A stretch of DNA of 64,000 bases. Origin: Tolypothrix carrinoi HA7290-LM1. Lineage in GTDB: Bacteria > Cyanobacteriota > Cyanobacteriia > Cyanobacteriales > Nostocaceae. Position 1 is the first letter of the stretch, and every line of letters starts with the position of its first letter. The notes beneath the pieces were generated by a model. It had not been told where the DNA came from, made no database searches, and saw only the letters and a list, made by a program, of their open reading frames with translations. A program made the position numbers and the translations under genes. This document shows positions 38,009-48,314 of this stretch, piece after piece. The stretch covers positions 1-64,000 of the forward strand of contig JAHHIK010000012.1 of assembly GCA_019358935.1 (NCBI GenBank), given 5' to 3'.

Positions 38009-39418
38009 ATGAGTCAAGTAGCTACATACCACATTCCAGATTTTCATTTCGACTATTACAGCATTATTCCCCATAAAACCCAGCCGCAACTATTAATGGT
38101 ATCTAATGAAAATGGCTGGTCTTTGCCTCATTTTGTTCCTTACGAGCATCACTTTGGGATTGTAGACCACATTAATCAAGAAATCAAAGTGCAACTAGGA
38201 TTAAATGTCACGACATTGCGTTGCTTTCATGAAGATTACAGTCGAGAAACCAAAACTGGGTGTAGGGTGTATGCAATGGAAAATCATTCTCCGCAATGGA
38301 CACTTCCGACAAATGCACGTTGGATAGAGTTTCATGAATTAGATAGTCTGATATTTGCAATGCCTAAACTACGCCACATTTCAAAATCTTGGTTTGCTGA
38401 AATTATCAGCAATAACATACCAAAATTGCGAGTTCCTTGGGCAAGAATTGGATGGTTTGAAAAAGCTGTGGTTTGGATTAATCTACAACTTAATAATTTC
38501 AGCTTGAGTGCTACTACTCCTATCATACAAGTGAAAAACTGGGAAATTTCTAGTTTATTAAAAGTGAATACAACATCTGGAAATTTTTACTTAAAAGCAG
38601 CGCCTACTACTTTTGCTAATGAACCTAAATTAACTTATTTACTCAGTAAAATGTATCCTAATTACGTTCCTAAATTACTGGCTGTGGATACAGAAGAGCA
38701 GTGGATGTTAATGCGGGATTTTGGTGGAGAGCATCTTGCAAAAATTACGGATATTTTCCAATGGGAAGCAGCACTTCGCTTGTTTGCCGAAATGCAAATT
38801 CAGGCTGTTGAACAAGTAGATAAATTACTTATTTTGGGCTTTCCTGACAGACAGGTAGATCGACTAGCTAGCCAAATTGATCCACTGTTTGCAGACACCT
38901 CAGCGTTAGTACCGCAAACCGACTCAGGTCTTTCTGAAACTGAAATAGAAACATTGCGCTCTTTGACTTCTCATCTCAAGGAAATGTGCCGTGAGTTAGC
39001 TGTTTGTGGTATACCGTCAACGCTAATACACGGTGATTTGCACCCGCAAAATGTGGTTGTGACTGATGGAAAGCATATCTATTTTGACTGGTCTGATGCA
39101 GCGATATCTCATCCCTTTTTCGATATAGTTAACTTTTTGCAAAAGATTGAAGAGGAACTTCCGGACGTTGCAGATATACGAATCCGTTTACGCAATGTTT
39201 ACTTAGAAAGTTGGACAATCTATCTACCGATGGAACAATTGATTTCACTTTTTGAGAAAACGCAACCTTTGGCGGCTCTTTACAATGCCATTGTCTATTC
39301 CGAAATAACTCAAAATTTGGAAGCTTCTCAAAAATGGCAAATGGCAGGAGCTGTTCCTTTTTTCCTCAAAACACTAATAAAAAAAATTCACTGTGTAACG
39401 CACCTTACAAGCTTATGA
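38009..39418 (+). CDS. Aminoglycoside phosphotransferase-like kinase
   Basis: YLKA, HGDLHPQN, FDWSD. Confidence 0.82.
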   Translation: MSQVATYHIPDFHFDYYSIIPHKTQPQLLMVSNENGWSLPHFVPYEHHFGIVDHINQEIKVQLGLNVTTLRCFHEDYSRETKTGCRVYAMENHSPQWTLPTNARWIEFHELDSLIFAMPKLRHISKSWFAEIISNNIPKLRVPWARIGWFEKAVVWINLQLNNFSLSATTPIIQVKNWEISSLLKVNTTSGNFYLKAAPTTFANEPKLTYLLSKMYPNYVPKLLAVDTEEQWMLMRDFGGEHLAKITDIFQWEAALRLFAEMQIQAVEQVDKLLILGFPDRQVDRLASQIDPLFADTSALVPQTDSGLSETEIETLRSLTSHLKEMCRELAVCGIPSTLIHGDLHPQNVVVTDGKHIYFDWSDAAISHPFFDIVNFLQKIEEELPDVADIRIRLRNVYLESWTIYLPMEQLISLFEKTQPLAALYNAIVYSEITQNLEASQKWQMAGAVPFFLKTLIKKIHCVTHLTSL

Positions 39419-39442
39419 ATTTTATCTTGACTTTTTCTAACA

Positions 39443-39877
39443 ATGCAAAAAAGTGTAAACAGCCTAATTCTGACAAGCTTACTTTTTCTTGCCCCTATTC
39501 ACATAAATACATTTGTTCGCGCTCAGTCACCACAAACATCTACTCAAAATTCCAGTGAAAAGATTTTCACAAAAGATGAGTTGTACTTTGGCTTATCCAA
39601 ATTAGGAGGAGATACAATATCTGAGCTTGAATGGCAGCTATTTTTGAACCGTGTAGTTACACCCCGCTTTCGTGAAGGATTAACTGTAATAGATGCATAC
39701 GGGCAATATTTAAATAGTTATGGTATGACCAGAGAAAAGACCAAGATAGTAATTTTGATTTACGAAAATAGTCGCACTAAAAATCAGATGATTGAAGAGG
39801 TGATAGCAAGTTATAAGCGAAAATTTCAGCAGGAATCTGTTTTGCGCGTAACTAGCACTGTTAAGGTATCTTTCTAA
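39443..39877 (+). CDS. DUF3574-like secreted protein
   Basis: ELYFG...VTPRF.EGLTV.DA.GQ...FQQESVLRV. Confidence 0.8.
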   Translation: MQKSVNSLILTSLLFLAPIHINTFVRAQSPQTSTQNSSEKIFTKDELYFGLSKLGGDTISELEWQLFLNRVVTPRFREGLTVIDAYGQYLNSYGMTREKTKIVILIYENSRTKNQMIEEVIASYKRKFQQESVLRVTSTVKVSF

Positions 39878-40518
39878 TGATATTCCCAAAAATTTTAACT
39901 GAGGATAATTTTGCTGACGGGTTGAACTTTCTGATATCACGAGATCCAGACTTGGCGGAAATTTTCACTCGCTTTGGTACACCACCGCTTTGGGTACGCG
40001 AACCCGGTTTTTCCACACTTATTCAAATTATTTTAGAACAACAAGTTTCTCTCGCATCGGCAAAAGCAGTTTATACTCGTTTGCAAGCAGCTATATCTCC
40101 AATTACTCCAGAGTTATTTCTGCAACTTGATGATGTGGAAATCAAACGAATAGGATTTAGTCGGCAAAAAACTCTTTATGCACGCACATTAGCACAATCT
40201 ATCATTGCAGGGCAGCTTGATTTATCTAGTCTCAGCACGATGGATGATGAAGAAGTACGCAGTATCCTGAAAAAGCTCAAAGGTATCGGCGATTGGACAG
40301 TTGATATATATTTAATGATGGCACTCAGGCGATCGGATAGTTTACCCAAAGGTGACTTGGGGTTAATATTAGCAATACAGAAAGTTAAACGATTAGAACA
40401 TCGACCCTCAGCAGCAGAAATTGTAGCGATCGCTGAAATTTGGCGTCCTTGGAGAGCAGTAGCCACGCGCTTATTATGGCATTATTATCTCAGTGAGCGA
40501 TTACTCCGACAGAAATAA
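39877..40518 (+). CDS. DNA-3-methyladenine glycosylase (AlkA/HhH-GPD family)
   Basis: QQVS, LKGIGDWT, GDLG, WRPWR. Confidence 0.88.
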   Translation: MIFPKILTEDNFADGLNFLISRDPDLAEIFTRFGTPPLWVREPGFSTLIQIILEQQVSLASAKAVYTRLQAAISPITPELFLQLDDVEIKRIGFSRQKTLYARTLAQSIIAGQLDLSSLSTMDDEEVRSILKKLKGIGDWTVDIYLMMALRRSDSLPKGDLGLILAIQKVKRLEHRPSAAEIVAIAEIWRPWRAVATRLLWHYYLSERLLRQK

Positions 40519-40537
40519 AATTTTACTCATCCTGAAG

Positions 40538-41257
40538 CTAACGCTTCTGGCAAATATACTCAGCATATTCAGTTGTTGGGTAATCTTTTTCTATAATCTC
40601 AAAGCCACTTCGCGTTAACATACTTTCTAGAATCCAAGCAAAAGTGCTGTTTTCCTCACGCACATGCATTTCAAAGTCTGCTTTAGTGAAACCTTCACCC
40701 GCAGGTTTTGCTACACGATTTATCCAAGCGTCGATACTTGAACAATACTCGTTAGGTTCAAAAGAAAAAACTACATCTCGCAGATACAGCACTCCTCCCG
40801 GTTTCAACATTGACTGCATCCGCAACAATCCCACCATCTTCCAAAAATCGGGCAAGTGATGAAAGGCAAACTTCGTTACAATATAATCAACTTGTTCGCC
40901 TTGGTGTTCGTAAGTGAGAAAACCAGCACGATAAAACTCGATATTTTCAGCATTGGCAGCACTGGCTTTGTGTCGAGCATAAGATAACATAGCATCAGAC
41001 ACATCCACAGCATATACGTAAGCCCCTGCAACTGCTGCTTGAATGGCAAAAGTAGCCGTTCCTGTTCCTATTTCAATTACAGTATGCTCTTTTGAAATGC
41101 CCAGACGTTGAATTAATGCCTGATTGACTTCGGGAGTATTTGATGTTTGTTTGCGATCGTAGGACTGCACTTGTGCAGCATCCTCAAAATCAACGCCTAT
41201 CTGTTGCAATTCATCATAATACCACCCAGGAATCATAGTCATTTGACTGCACCGCAT
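40538..41257 (-). CDS. Class I SAM-dependent methyltransferase
   Basis: EIGTGTA, AFHHL, LKPGG. Confidence 0.88.
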   Translation of the reverse strand: MRCSQMTMIPGWYYDELQQIGVDFEDAAQVQSYDRKQTSNTPEVNQALIQRLGISKEHTVIEIGTGTATFAIQAAVAGAYVYAVDVSDAMLSYARHKASAANAENIEFYRAGFLTYEHQGEQVDYIVTKFAFHHLPDFWKMVGLLRMQSMLKPGGVLYLRDVVFSFEPNEYCSSIDAWINRVAKPAGEGFTKADFEMHVREENSTFAWILESMLTRSGFEIIEKDYPTTEYAEYICQKR

Positions 41258-41363
41258 TTTTTAATAGGTTTGGCATTCTCACCCTAATAACCGTCTTCAG
41301 GGCAAGTAAATAGCAGTCTACAATAGTAGCCTAAAGAAGGATTATGCCCAACCACGTAATTAT

Positions 41364-42839
41364 ATGACTTCATCTGCTCTTGTAAAAACTGAGTACGAAG
41401 CGATTATTGGTTTAGAAACCCATTGTCAGCTCAGTACTAACACCAAGATTTTCTCTAATAGTTCTACGGCTTTTGGTGCCGACCCCAATACTAACATTGA
41501 CCCGGTTTGTATGGGTCTACCTGGGGTATTACCCGTACTCAACGAAAAAGTATTAGAATACGCTGTGAAAGCGGGTTTAGCCCTAAATTGCCAAATCGCT
41601 AAATATAGCAAGTTTGACCGCAAACAGTATTTTTATCCGGATTTACCGAAAAATTACCAAATTTCTCAATACGACTTACCGATCGCTGAACATGGCTGGT
41701 TAGAAATTGAGTTAGTCGATGCTGATGGTAATCCGCTGCGGAAAAAAATCGGCATCACTCGTCTGCACATGGAAGAAGATGCGGGAAAATTAGTTCACGC
41801 GGGAAGCGATCGCCTTAGTGGTTCTACTTATTCTCTGGTAGACTACAATCGAGCAGGTGTGCCTTTGGTAGAAATTGTCTCCGAACCAGATTTGCGTTCC
41901 GGACAAGAAGCTGCTGAATATGCTCAAGAATTACGCCGCATTGTCCGCTATATCGGCGTGAGTGATGGTAACATGCAAGAAGGTTCTCTCCGCTGTGATG
42001 TCAACATCTCTGTGCGTCCGATTGGACAAAAAGAGTTTGGCACGAAGGTGGAAATTAAAAACATGAACTCTTTCAATGCGATCCAAAGAGCGATAGAATA
42101 CGAAATTGAACGCCAAATAGCCGCAGTAGAAGCTGGCGATCGCATTATCCAAGAAACTCGTCTTTGGGAAGAAACTTCTCAACGCACTATTAGTATGCGC
42201 GTTAAAGAAGGAAGCAGCGATTATCGCTATTTCCCAGAACCAGATTTAGCACCGATTGAGGTAACAAACGAACAATTAGCCAATTGGCGCAGTACACTAC
42301 CAGAATTACCAGCAGAAAAACGTCATCGTTATGAATCTGATTTGGGACTTTCACCTTACGATGCGCGGGTGTTAACTGAGGAAAGCAATGTAGCTGCGTA
42401 TTTTGAAGAAGCGATCGCACTTGGTGCAAATCCCAAACAAGCTGCTAACTGGATTATGGGCGATATCGCCGCATACCTCAACAAGCAAAAACTCAGCATC
42501 ACCGAAATTGCCCTTACTCCTACCAACTTAGCAAAAGTTATCACTCTCATTGAAAAGGGTACCATCGGCAGTAACAAAGCAAAAGAAAAATTACCAGAGT
42601 TGCTAGCTGGTAATTCTCCCGATGAAGTATTCAAAGGTGAAGAAAAAATCTCTGACGCTAGCGTACTCGAACCCATTATCGACCAAATCATCGCCGCCAA
42701 TCCCAAAGAACTAGAAAAATACAAAAGCGGTAAAACCAATCTCAAAGGCTTCTTTGTTGGACAAGTTCTCAAACAAACTGGTGGACGTGCCGATCCAAAA
42801 CTGACTAACGAATTAGTAGACCAAAAGTTGAACGCTTAG
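41364..42839 (+). CDS. gatB: Asp/Glu-tRNA amidotransferase subunit B
   Basis: IGLETH, FYPDLPKNYQISQ, YRYFPEPDL. Confidence 0.97.
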   Translation: MTSSALVKTEYEAIIGLETHCQLSTNTKIFSNSSTAFGADPNTNIDPVCMGLPGVLPVLNEKVLEYAVKAGLALNCQIAKYSKFDRKQYFYPDLPKNYQISQYDLPIAEHGWLEIELVDADGNPLRKKIGITRLHMEEDAGKLVHAGSDRLSGSTYSLVDYNRAGVPLVEIVSEPDLRSGQEAAEYAQELRRIVRYIGVSDGNMQEGSLRCDVNISVRPIGQKEFGTKVEIKNMNSFNAIQRAIEYEIERQIAAVEAGDRIIQETRLWEETSQRTISMRVKEGSSDYRYFPEPDLAPIEVTNEQLANWRSTLPELPAEKRHRYESDLGLSPYDARVLTEESNVAAYFEEAIALGANPKQAANWIMGDIAAYLNKQKLSITEIALTPTNLAKVITLIEKGTIGSNKAKEKLPELLAGNSPDEVFKGEEKISDASVLEPIIDQIIAANPKELEKYKSGKTNLKGFFVGQVLKQTGGRADPKLTNELVDQKLNA

Positions 42840-42847
42840 AGAAGAAG

Positions 42848-43090
42848 ACAGGGGGACAAGGAGACAGGGGGACAAGGGGGACAAGGGGGACAAGGAGGAC
42901 AAGGAGGACAAGGAGGACAAGGAGGACAAGGAGGACAAGGAGGACAAGGAGGACAAGGGGGACAAGGGGGACAGGGAGACAAGGAGGACAAGGAAGCATC
43001 TTTTCTCCCTTGTCTCCCTTGTCTCCCCCCTCCCCCCCTCTCCCTTGTCTCCCTTGTCTCCCCCCTCCCCCCCCTCTCCCCATCTCCCCC
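42848..43090. repeat. 9-nt tandem repeats (GGAGGACAA) and inverted counterpart
   Basis: Directly visible. Confidence 0.9.
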
Positions 43091-43190
43091 TCTTGACTGT
43101 ATTTTCCCCGATACTTCTTCACAATAACTTGATAAAACATACATTAAAGATGGGTGCAACACCTCAGTCCAAAAATGCTATACTGTGATA

Positions 43191-43241
43191 ATTAGATGCA
43201 CCCTGATGATCTGGAGAGCTGCCCAAGTGGCTCTCCTTTTT
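43191..43241 (+). ncRNA. Candidate sRNA copy 1 (NsiR1-like 5' motif)
   Basis: Extended -10 TGcTATACT (hexamer 43179-43184); TAGATGCACCCTGATGATCT; GGAGAGC/GCTCTCC stem followed by T5. Confidence 0.65.
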
Positions 43242-43339
43242 CGTTTTTAGAATTCTGGGAGAAATTGCGTCGAACTGATTTTCCGAAAAAACTTGTTAGG
43301 GGGTATTGCACCTCACCCCAGATGTGATAGTATATGTTA

Positions 43340-43390
43340 AGTAGATGCACCCTGATGATCTGGAGAGCCACCCAAGTAGCTCTCCTTTTT
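43340..43390 (+). ncRNA. Candidate sRNA copy 2
   Basis: TTGCAC-16 nt-TAGTAT promoter; same motif and terminator as copy 1. Confidence 0.7.
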
Positions 43391-43574
43391 CATTTTTATG
43401 GTTGCCAAAGAAATTGCTTACAGTCATATCTTGCACATACCACAGTCAACGCAGAAAATAGAAAGTGGTCTAATCGGTGTATGTGAAAACCACTGTAATC
43501 CAAAATCTCAAATCAAAAATAAAAAACTTGTTAGGGGGTATTGCACCTCACCCCAGATGTGATAGTATATGTTA

Positions 43575-43625
43575 AGTAGATGCACCCTGATGATCTGGAG
43601 AGCCACCCAAGTAGCTCTCCTTTTT
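43575..43625 (+). ncRNA. Candidate sRNA copy 3
   Basis: 43521-43626 is identical to 43286-43391. Confidence 0.7.
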
Positions 43626-43765
43626 CGTTTTTGTCCTAAATTTGCCTAGACAAGCGTTTCAAATAGGCAAGTTATTAATAACTAACAAATTATCACTCTT
43701 TGGGTAACGAAGACTTGATATAATCGCCCCTCAAGCAAAGAGTAATAGTTGAAGGGATACGAATA

Positions 43766-45079
43766 ATGAATGACTGGCAGGAAATTACTGGTGGTGTGAC
43801 AGCACCTAGAGGTTATCGGGCAGCAGGAATTACCGCAGGGTTAAAACCTTCGGGATTGCCGGATTTGGCTTTGATAGTATCAGATGTAGAGGCGATCGCA
43901 GCTGGTGTATTCACCACTTGCCAAGTAAAAGCCGCGTGTGTAGATTATTGTCGCCAACGTTTGCTCTCAAAGCATAGCGCTCGTGCTATTCTCTGCAACG
44001 CGGGACAAGCAAATGCAGCAACGGGTAACGAAGGCTGGTTAGATGCTTTAGAATGTGCGATGCTATTAGGGCAAGAGCTAAATATGCCTTCAGAATCGAT
44101 TCTGCTTGCTTCTACAGGTGTAATCGGTCAAAGAATTAAGATGGAACCTTTACGCAGTGGGATTCCCAAGCTGGTGGCAGCATTATCAGAAACAGGTTCA
44201 GATGCAGCAGCTGGGGCGATTATTACTACCGATTTAGTCACAAAATCCATTGCATTAGAAACAAGTATAGGCGATCGCCCGGTGCGAATTGGTGGCATTG
44301 CCAAAGGTTCGGGGATGATTCATCCGAATATGGCAACGATGTTAGCATTTGTTACTTGTGATGCCGCAGTTGCACCTACTCTGTGGCAACAAATGTTAAG
44401 TCGCGCAGCTGATAGAAGCTTTAATTCGATTACCGTGGATGGTGATACTAGTACCAATGATAGCTTGATAGCGCTTGCTAACGGTCAATCTCGCACCCCA
44501 GCAATTACAGAAATGGGTGCAGAAGCGGAAAAATTAGAAGCGATGTTAACAGCAGTATGCCAGCATTTAGCGAAAGCGATCGCTCGTGATGGTGAAGGTG
44601 CAACTTGTCTGATTGAAGTGCAAGTTAGTGGGGCAACCGATGAACAAGCAGCTAATCAAATCGCTAAAACCATCGCCGGCTCATCTTTAGTTAAGTCTGC
44701 CATATTTGGACGCGATCCAAACTGGGGACGCATCGCTGCTGCTGCTGGACGTGCAGGTATTCCTTTTGAGCAAGAAAACCTGCAAATTAAATTAGGGGAT
44801 TTCTTGATGATGGAGAATGGTCAACCAATACCATTTGATCGCAAAGCAGCGAGTGCTTATTTAAAACAAGCAGCAGCGAATGCTTCTAAACCACAAGATA
44901 TGATGGCTACGGATATGAGCAATGATTTGTCGGGGGATAGAAGTACAATCAAGGCTCAAAGTTTAGATAATCCGGTGATAATTGCAGTCAGCGTTGGTAA
45001 TGGACACGGTTCGGGTAAAGCTTGGGGTTGTGATTTGAGTTACGACTATGTGAAAATTAACGCCGAGTATACAACTTAA
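43766..45079 (+). CDS. argJ: Bifunctional ornithine acetyltransferase/N-acetylglutamate synthase
   Basis: KGSGMIHPNMATML, DTSTND, DGEGAT, YVKINAEYTT. Confidence 0.96.
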   Translation: MNDWQEITGGVTAPRGYRAAGITAGLKPSGLPDLALIVSDVEAIAAGVFTTCQVKAACVDYCRQRLLSKHSARAILCNAGQANAATGNEGWLDALECAMLLGQELNMPSESILLASTGVIGQRIKMEPLRSGIPKLVAALSETGSDAAAGAIITTDLVTKSIALETSIGDRPVRIGGIAKGSGMIHPNMATMLAFVTCDAAVAPTLWQQMLSRAADRSFNSITVDGDTSTNDSLIALANGQSRTPAITEMGAEAEKLEAMLTAVCQHLAKAIARDGEGATCLIEVQVSGATDEQAANQIAKTIAGSSLVKSAIFGRDPNWGRIAAAAGRAGIPFEQENLQIKLGDFLMMENGQPIPFDRKAASAYLKQAAANASKPQDMMATDMSNDLSGDRSTIKAQSLDNPVIIAVSVGNGHGSGKAWGCDLSYDYVKINAEYTT

Positions 45080-45144
45080 GAATAACGAACCGCGTTCGCC
45101 CTTGGCGTCTCCGAAGGAGAAGACGCGAAGAGCGCTAAGAAAAG

Positions 45145-45996
45145 ATGGCTAAAGTAGCAGATATCGGTGGGAAGCGTTTAATTAGTTTAGCTCCAGATGC
45201 TTGGGTAAAATGGGTAACGCAGTCCCCCGATGTCTTGGCTAGAGAAATTCTGGCTTCGGAATTTCAGTGGATTAGCCGAGAAAGCGATGTTGTAGTTAAA
45301 GCTTACCATCCGCAAATCGGGGATTTTTTGGTGTTGAACGAGTTGCAATTGCGTTACAACACCCGCTTACCTCGACGAATGCGTGCTTATGCGGCACTGG
45401 CAGAGGAACGCTACAATTTACCAGTTTACCCGGTACTGATTAATATTTTGCCTCCACCGGAGACAATGGAAATAGTCAGCAATTATGAATCCCAGGTTTT
45501 AGGGTTACAAGCGCGTCAAGATTATCGGGTGATTAATTTGTGGGAAGTTGACGCACAGATTGTTTTTCAACAACCTCTACCATCCTTACTTCCTTTTGTA
45601 CCTGTGTTGAAAGGTGGGGATGAAATCGCGGTGGTACAGCTTGCTGTACAAGCTTTACGTGCTGATGAACAGTTAAATGAATTAGAACCGCTATTAGCCT
45701 TTTTTGCTAGCTTTGTATTGTCTAGTCGTTTAGTGCAGCAAATTATGAGGTGGGATATGGCTGTGTTACAAGAATCTCCCTGGTATCAAGAAATTTTGCA
45801 GCAAGGAGAAACACGAGGTTTACTTTCTGGTATTGAATTGGGTTTGGAACTAAAATTTGGTGCTGAAGGGTTACAGTTAATGCCAGAAATCTCGCAAATT
45901 ACCGATTTAGATGTGTTAAAGACGATTCGCGAAGGATTGCGGACAATGAATTCTCTAGAGGAAATTAGGCAAATTTATACAATAAATGAAACATGA
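45145..45996 (+). CDS. Rpn/DUF4351-like recombination-promoting nuclease family protein
   Basis: SRESDV...NELQ...RMRAY...VINLWE...ESPWYQEI. Confidence 0.8.
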   Translation: MAKVADIGGKRLISLAPDAWVKWVTQSPDVLAREILASEFQWISRESDVVVKAYHPQIGDFLVLNELQLRYNTRLPRRMRAYAALAEERYNLPVYPVLINILPPPETMEIVSNYESQVLGLQARQDYRVINLWEVDAQIVFQQPLPSLLPFVPVLKGGDEIAVVQLAVQALRADEQLNELEPLLAFFASFVLSSRLVQQIMRWDMAVLQESPWYQEILQQGETRGLLSGIELGLELKFGAEGLQLMPEISQITDLDVLKTIREGLRTMNSLEEIRQIYTINET

Positions 45997-46609
45997 ATTT
46001 TCTCGAAATCCCTTCTCCTTCAAAGACGCTCCGCGAACGGGTTCGCCACTTCGACGGGACGGTACAGGCAACCGCCGAGTGGACTCACCGCAACGCATTT
46101 CTGTAGTTGGGACTAGTGGTTGTGGTAAGACGACTTTGGCGAAGCAAATTTCGCAGCGTCTTACCATTCCTCATGTAGAACTAGATTATCTGCACTGGCA
46201 ACCGAATTGGGTGGAAGTGCCGAATGATGTGATGAGAGAAAAAGTTTCTCAAGCGCTGTCGGGCAATGCTTGGGTAGTAGATGGAAATTATAGCATGGTG
46301 CGCGATATTGTTTGGGGAAAAGCTGATACAATTGTCTGGTTAGATTATTCTTTGTCGGTGGTGATGAGTCGTATAGTTTGGCGGACATTTCAACGGGTGG
46401 TGAAGCAACAAGAAGTCTGCAATGGCAACCGTGAAACTTGGAAAACTACTTTCAGCCGTGATTCAATAATTTTATGGGCGCTTCAAACTTATCATAAAAA
46501 TCGCAGGCAATATGCGCTGCTATTGCAAAAACCTGAGTATGCACATCTTAATATAGTGCATTTGCGATCGCCTGCATCTGCACAAAGTTGGTTGTCACTA
46601 ATTCATTAG
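45986..46609 (+). CDS. Adenylate kinase-like P-loop protein with an N-terminal repeat insertion
   Basis: GTSGCGKTT, ELD, WVVDGNY. Confidence 0.82.
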   Translation: MKHEFSRNPFSFKDAPRTGSPLRRDGTGNRRVDSPQRISVVGTSGCGKTTLAKQISQRLTIPHVELDYLHWQPNWVEVPNDVMREKVSQALSGNAWVVDGNYSMVRDIVWGKADTIVWLDYSLSVVMSRIVWRTFQRVVKQQEVCNGNRETWKTTFSRDSIILWALQTYHKNRRQYALLLQKPEYAHLNIVHLRSPASAQSWLSLIH

Positions 46610-46613
46610 TATT

Positions 46614-47255
46614 ATGAGTAACTTACAAACCAAAATACCGACTGATACATGGATACCCGCAACGTGGGATGAATACATCCAAGAAATTGAAAATCCGGCA
46701 CGCGAAAAAGCCAAGGGTTACTACTACAACGGCAAAATGAGGATTGAAATCTACGCAATAGGTAATGACCACGCTAGCGACCATACAATAGTTATCCTTG
46801 CTGCTAGCAGCTACGCAGCTATCAAAAACATTCCCATGAATGGCAATGATAACTGCACTTACCGAAAAATAGGCTTTAATGAGGCGCAACCTGATGTATC
46901 TTACTACATTGGTGAAAATGCTGATGTAATTCCTTGGGGAACTTCCATTATCAACCTCGATAACTATCCACCGCCAAATTTAGTGATTGAAGTTGCAAAT
47001 ACTTCTTTAGCAGATGATAAAGGTGAAAAACGTCTGCTGTATGAAGAATTAGGAGTAGATGAATACTGGATTATAGATGTGCGGAATGTCCAAGTTATTG
47101 CTTTTGCCGTAGAAAATAACGGTAGTCGCAAAATTACTCAATCTCTGGTTTTACCTGGTTTAGCAATTTCTGTTTTAGAAGAAGCTTTCCGACGTACTCG
47201 ACAAATGAATCAAAGCCAAGTTGTAGCTTGGTTATTATCGCAATTTCAGCAATAA
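46614..47255 (+). CDS. Uma2-family endonuclease-like protein
   Basis: QPD...PPNLVIEVA...K..LY...GVDEYWIID. Confidence 0.9.
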   Translation: MSNLQTKIPTDTWIPATWDEYIQEIENPAREKAKGYYYNGKMRIEIYAIGNDHASDHTIVILAASSYAAIKNIPMNGNDNCTYRKIGFNEAQPDVSYYIGENADVIPWGTSIINLDNYPPPNLVIEVANTSLADDKGEKRLLYEELGVDEYWIIDVRNVQVIAFAVENNGSRKITQSLVLPGLAISVLEEAFRRTRQMNQSQVVAWLLSQFQQ

Positions 47256-47302
47256 TATCATTAAAACAGAAAAAGAGGCAATAAACCCCTTTTTCATCAT
47301 CT

Positions 47303-47989
47303 TTACAATCGTTGCAGCAGACTTAAACCGTGGGTATCAGTACCACAAGTGTTGTAAAGATTAAATTCATTAGCTAGCTGTTTTACCTGTTCTGATTCTA
47401 AGACACTTGCTCGCCAAGGATTAGGATTATTGTAGGCGTAATACGTTTCCACACCATCAATACCAGCCTCAGCAGCAGCGGGAATCAAGTCGAAATGCGA
47501 TCGCCTATAACGAGCTGGATGAGCGAGTACCGCTAATCCCCCAGCATTGTGAATCGCTGCAATCACATTAGCTATCTGATAATCTTCGCCAGTAGCAATC
47601 TTTCTTTGCAGATAGCGTTTTATACTGGGATGTTCTGGTTCAAAAGCATAACCCAAAATGTGGACTTCCACATTTAAAAGGTTGGCATGAATTTCTACAC
47701 CACTCCACAGGTGAGGAGAATTTGCACCTGGGTTGTTCCACTTCCAGTCTTCTAACCAAGTTTGTGCTGCTTGGTAGCCGTTAATACTATGATGGTCTGT
47801 GATGGCAAATCCTTTTAAACCAATAGCGATCGCCTGTTCCATCAATGCAGCCGGCTGCAACCTGCCATCAGAATGGACAGTATGCATGTGAAAGTTAAAA
47901 CACCTCGGACAGCTTTGTGCGTCGATGTTCTGGAATACTTCTTTTAAAAGTTCCTTGGAAGTAGAAGTCCGGGCAAAATTTACAGCCAT
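47303..47989 (-). CDS. PHP-domain phosphoesterase
   Basis: HMHTVHSDG, ITDHH, LAHP, GTDTHG. Confidence 0.9.
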   Translation of the reverse strand: MAVNFARTSTSKELLKEVFQNIDAQSCPRCFNFHMHTVHSDGRLQPAALMEQAIAIGLKGFAITDHHSINGYQAAQTWLEDWKWNNPGANSPHLWSGVEIHANLLNVEVHILGYAFEPEHPSIKRYLQRKIATGEDYQIANVIAAIHNAGGLAVLAHPARYRRSHFDLIPAAAEAGIDGVETYYAYNNPNPWRASVLESEQVKQLANEFNLYNTCGTDTHGLSLLQRL

Positions 47990-48314
47990 AACCCCCTCTG
48001 AAAAGTATGCAATCTAACACTCCAACAAGATAGATTTACAGATGACAAATACCAGCACTGTAAATCAGTGTTGGAGCCGCTATTTTTTCAGCTTCATCAG
48101 CAAATTTTTTCAATATGTTAAGACTACGTTAGCAAATTCAAAGGCTGACGGTCATGAGTATTTTCGATGGTAGTTAGGAATATAAGTAACAAATAGAGCA
48201 AGTAATAACCGTAAAAACCGCAGGTAATATCGAGCGGGAATTGTACTTTTGTATAGAGAGAAGCTCTACAACTAAGAAAAAAGTAATCAGTATATAGACA
48301 GAAAATCCTATATT

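Noticed and set aside
42805..43162. ORFs with PCPPCP / LVLLV runs (also 24986-25359, 33924-34136, 55300-55738, 58927-59445)
   Set aside because: These are translations of tandem or dispersed repeats, not genes
43191..43625. CTGATGA in the three sRNA units as hammerhead cores, or the units as a CRISPR array
   Set aside because: No GAAA, stem III or NUH elements follow; spacing is irregular (149 and 235 nt), each unit has its own promoter and terminator, and no cas genes are present
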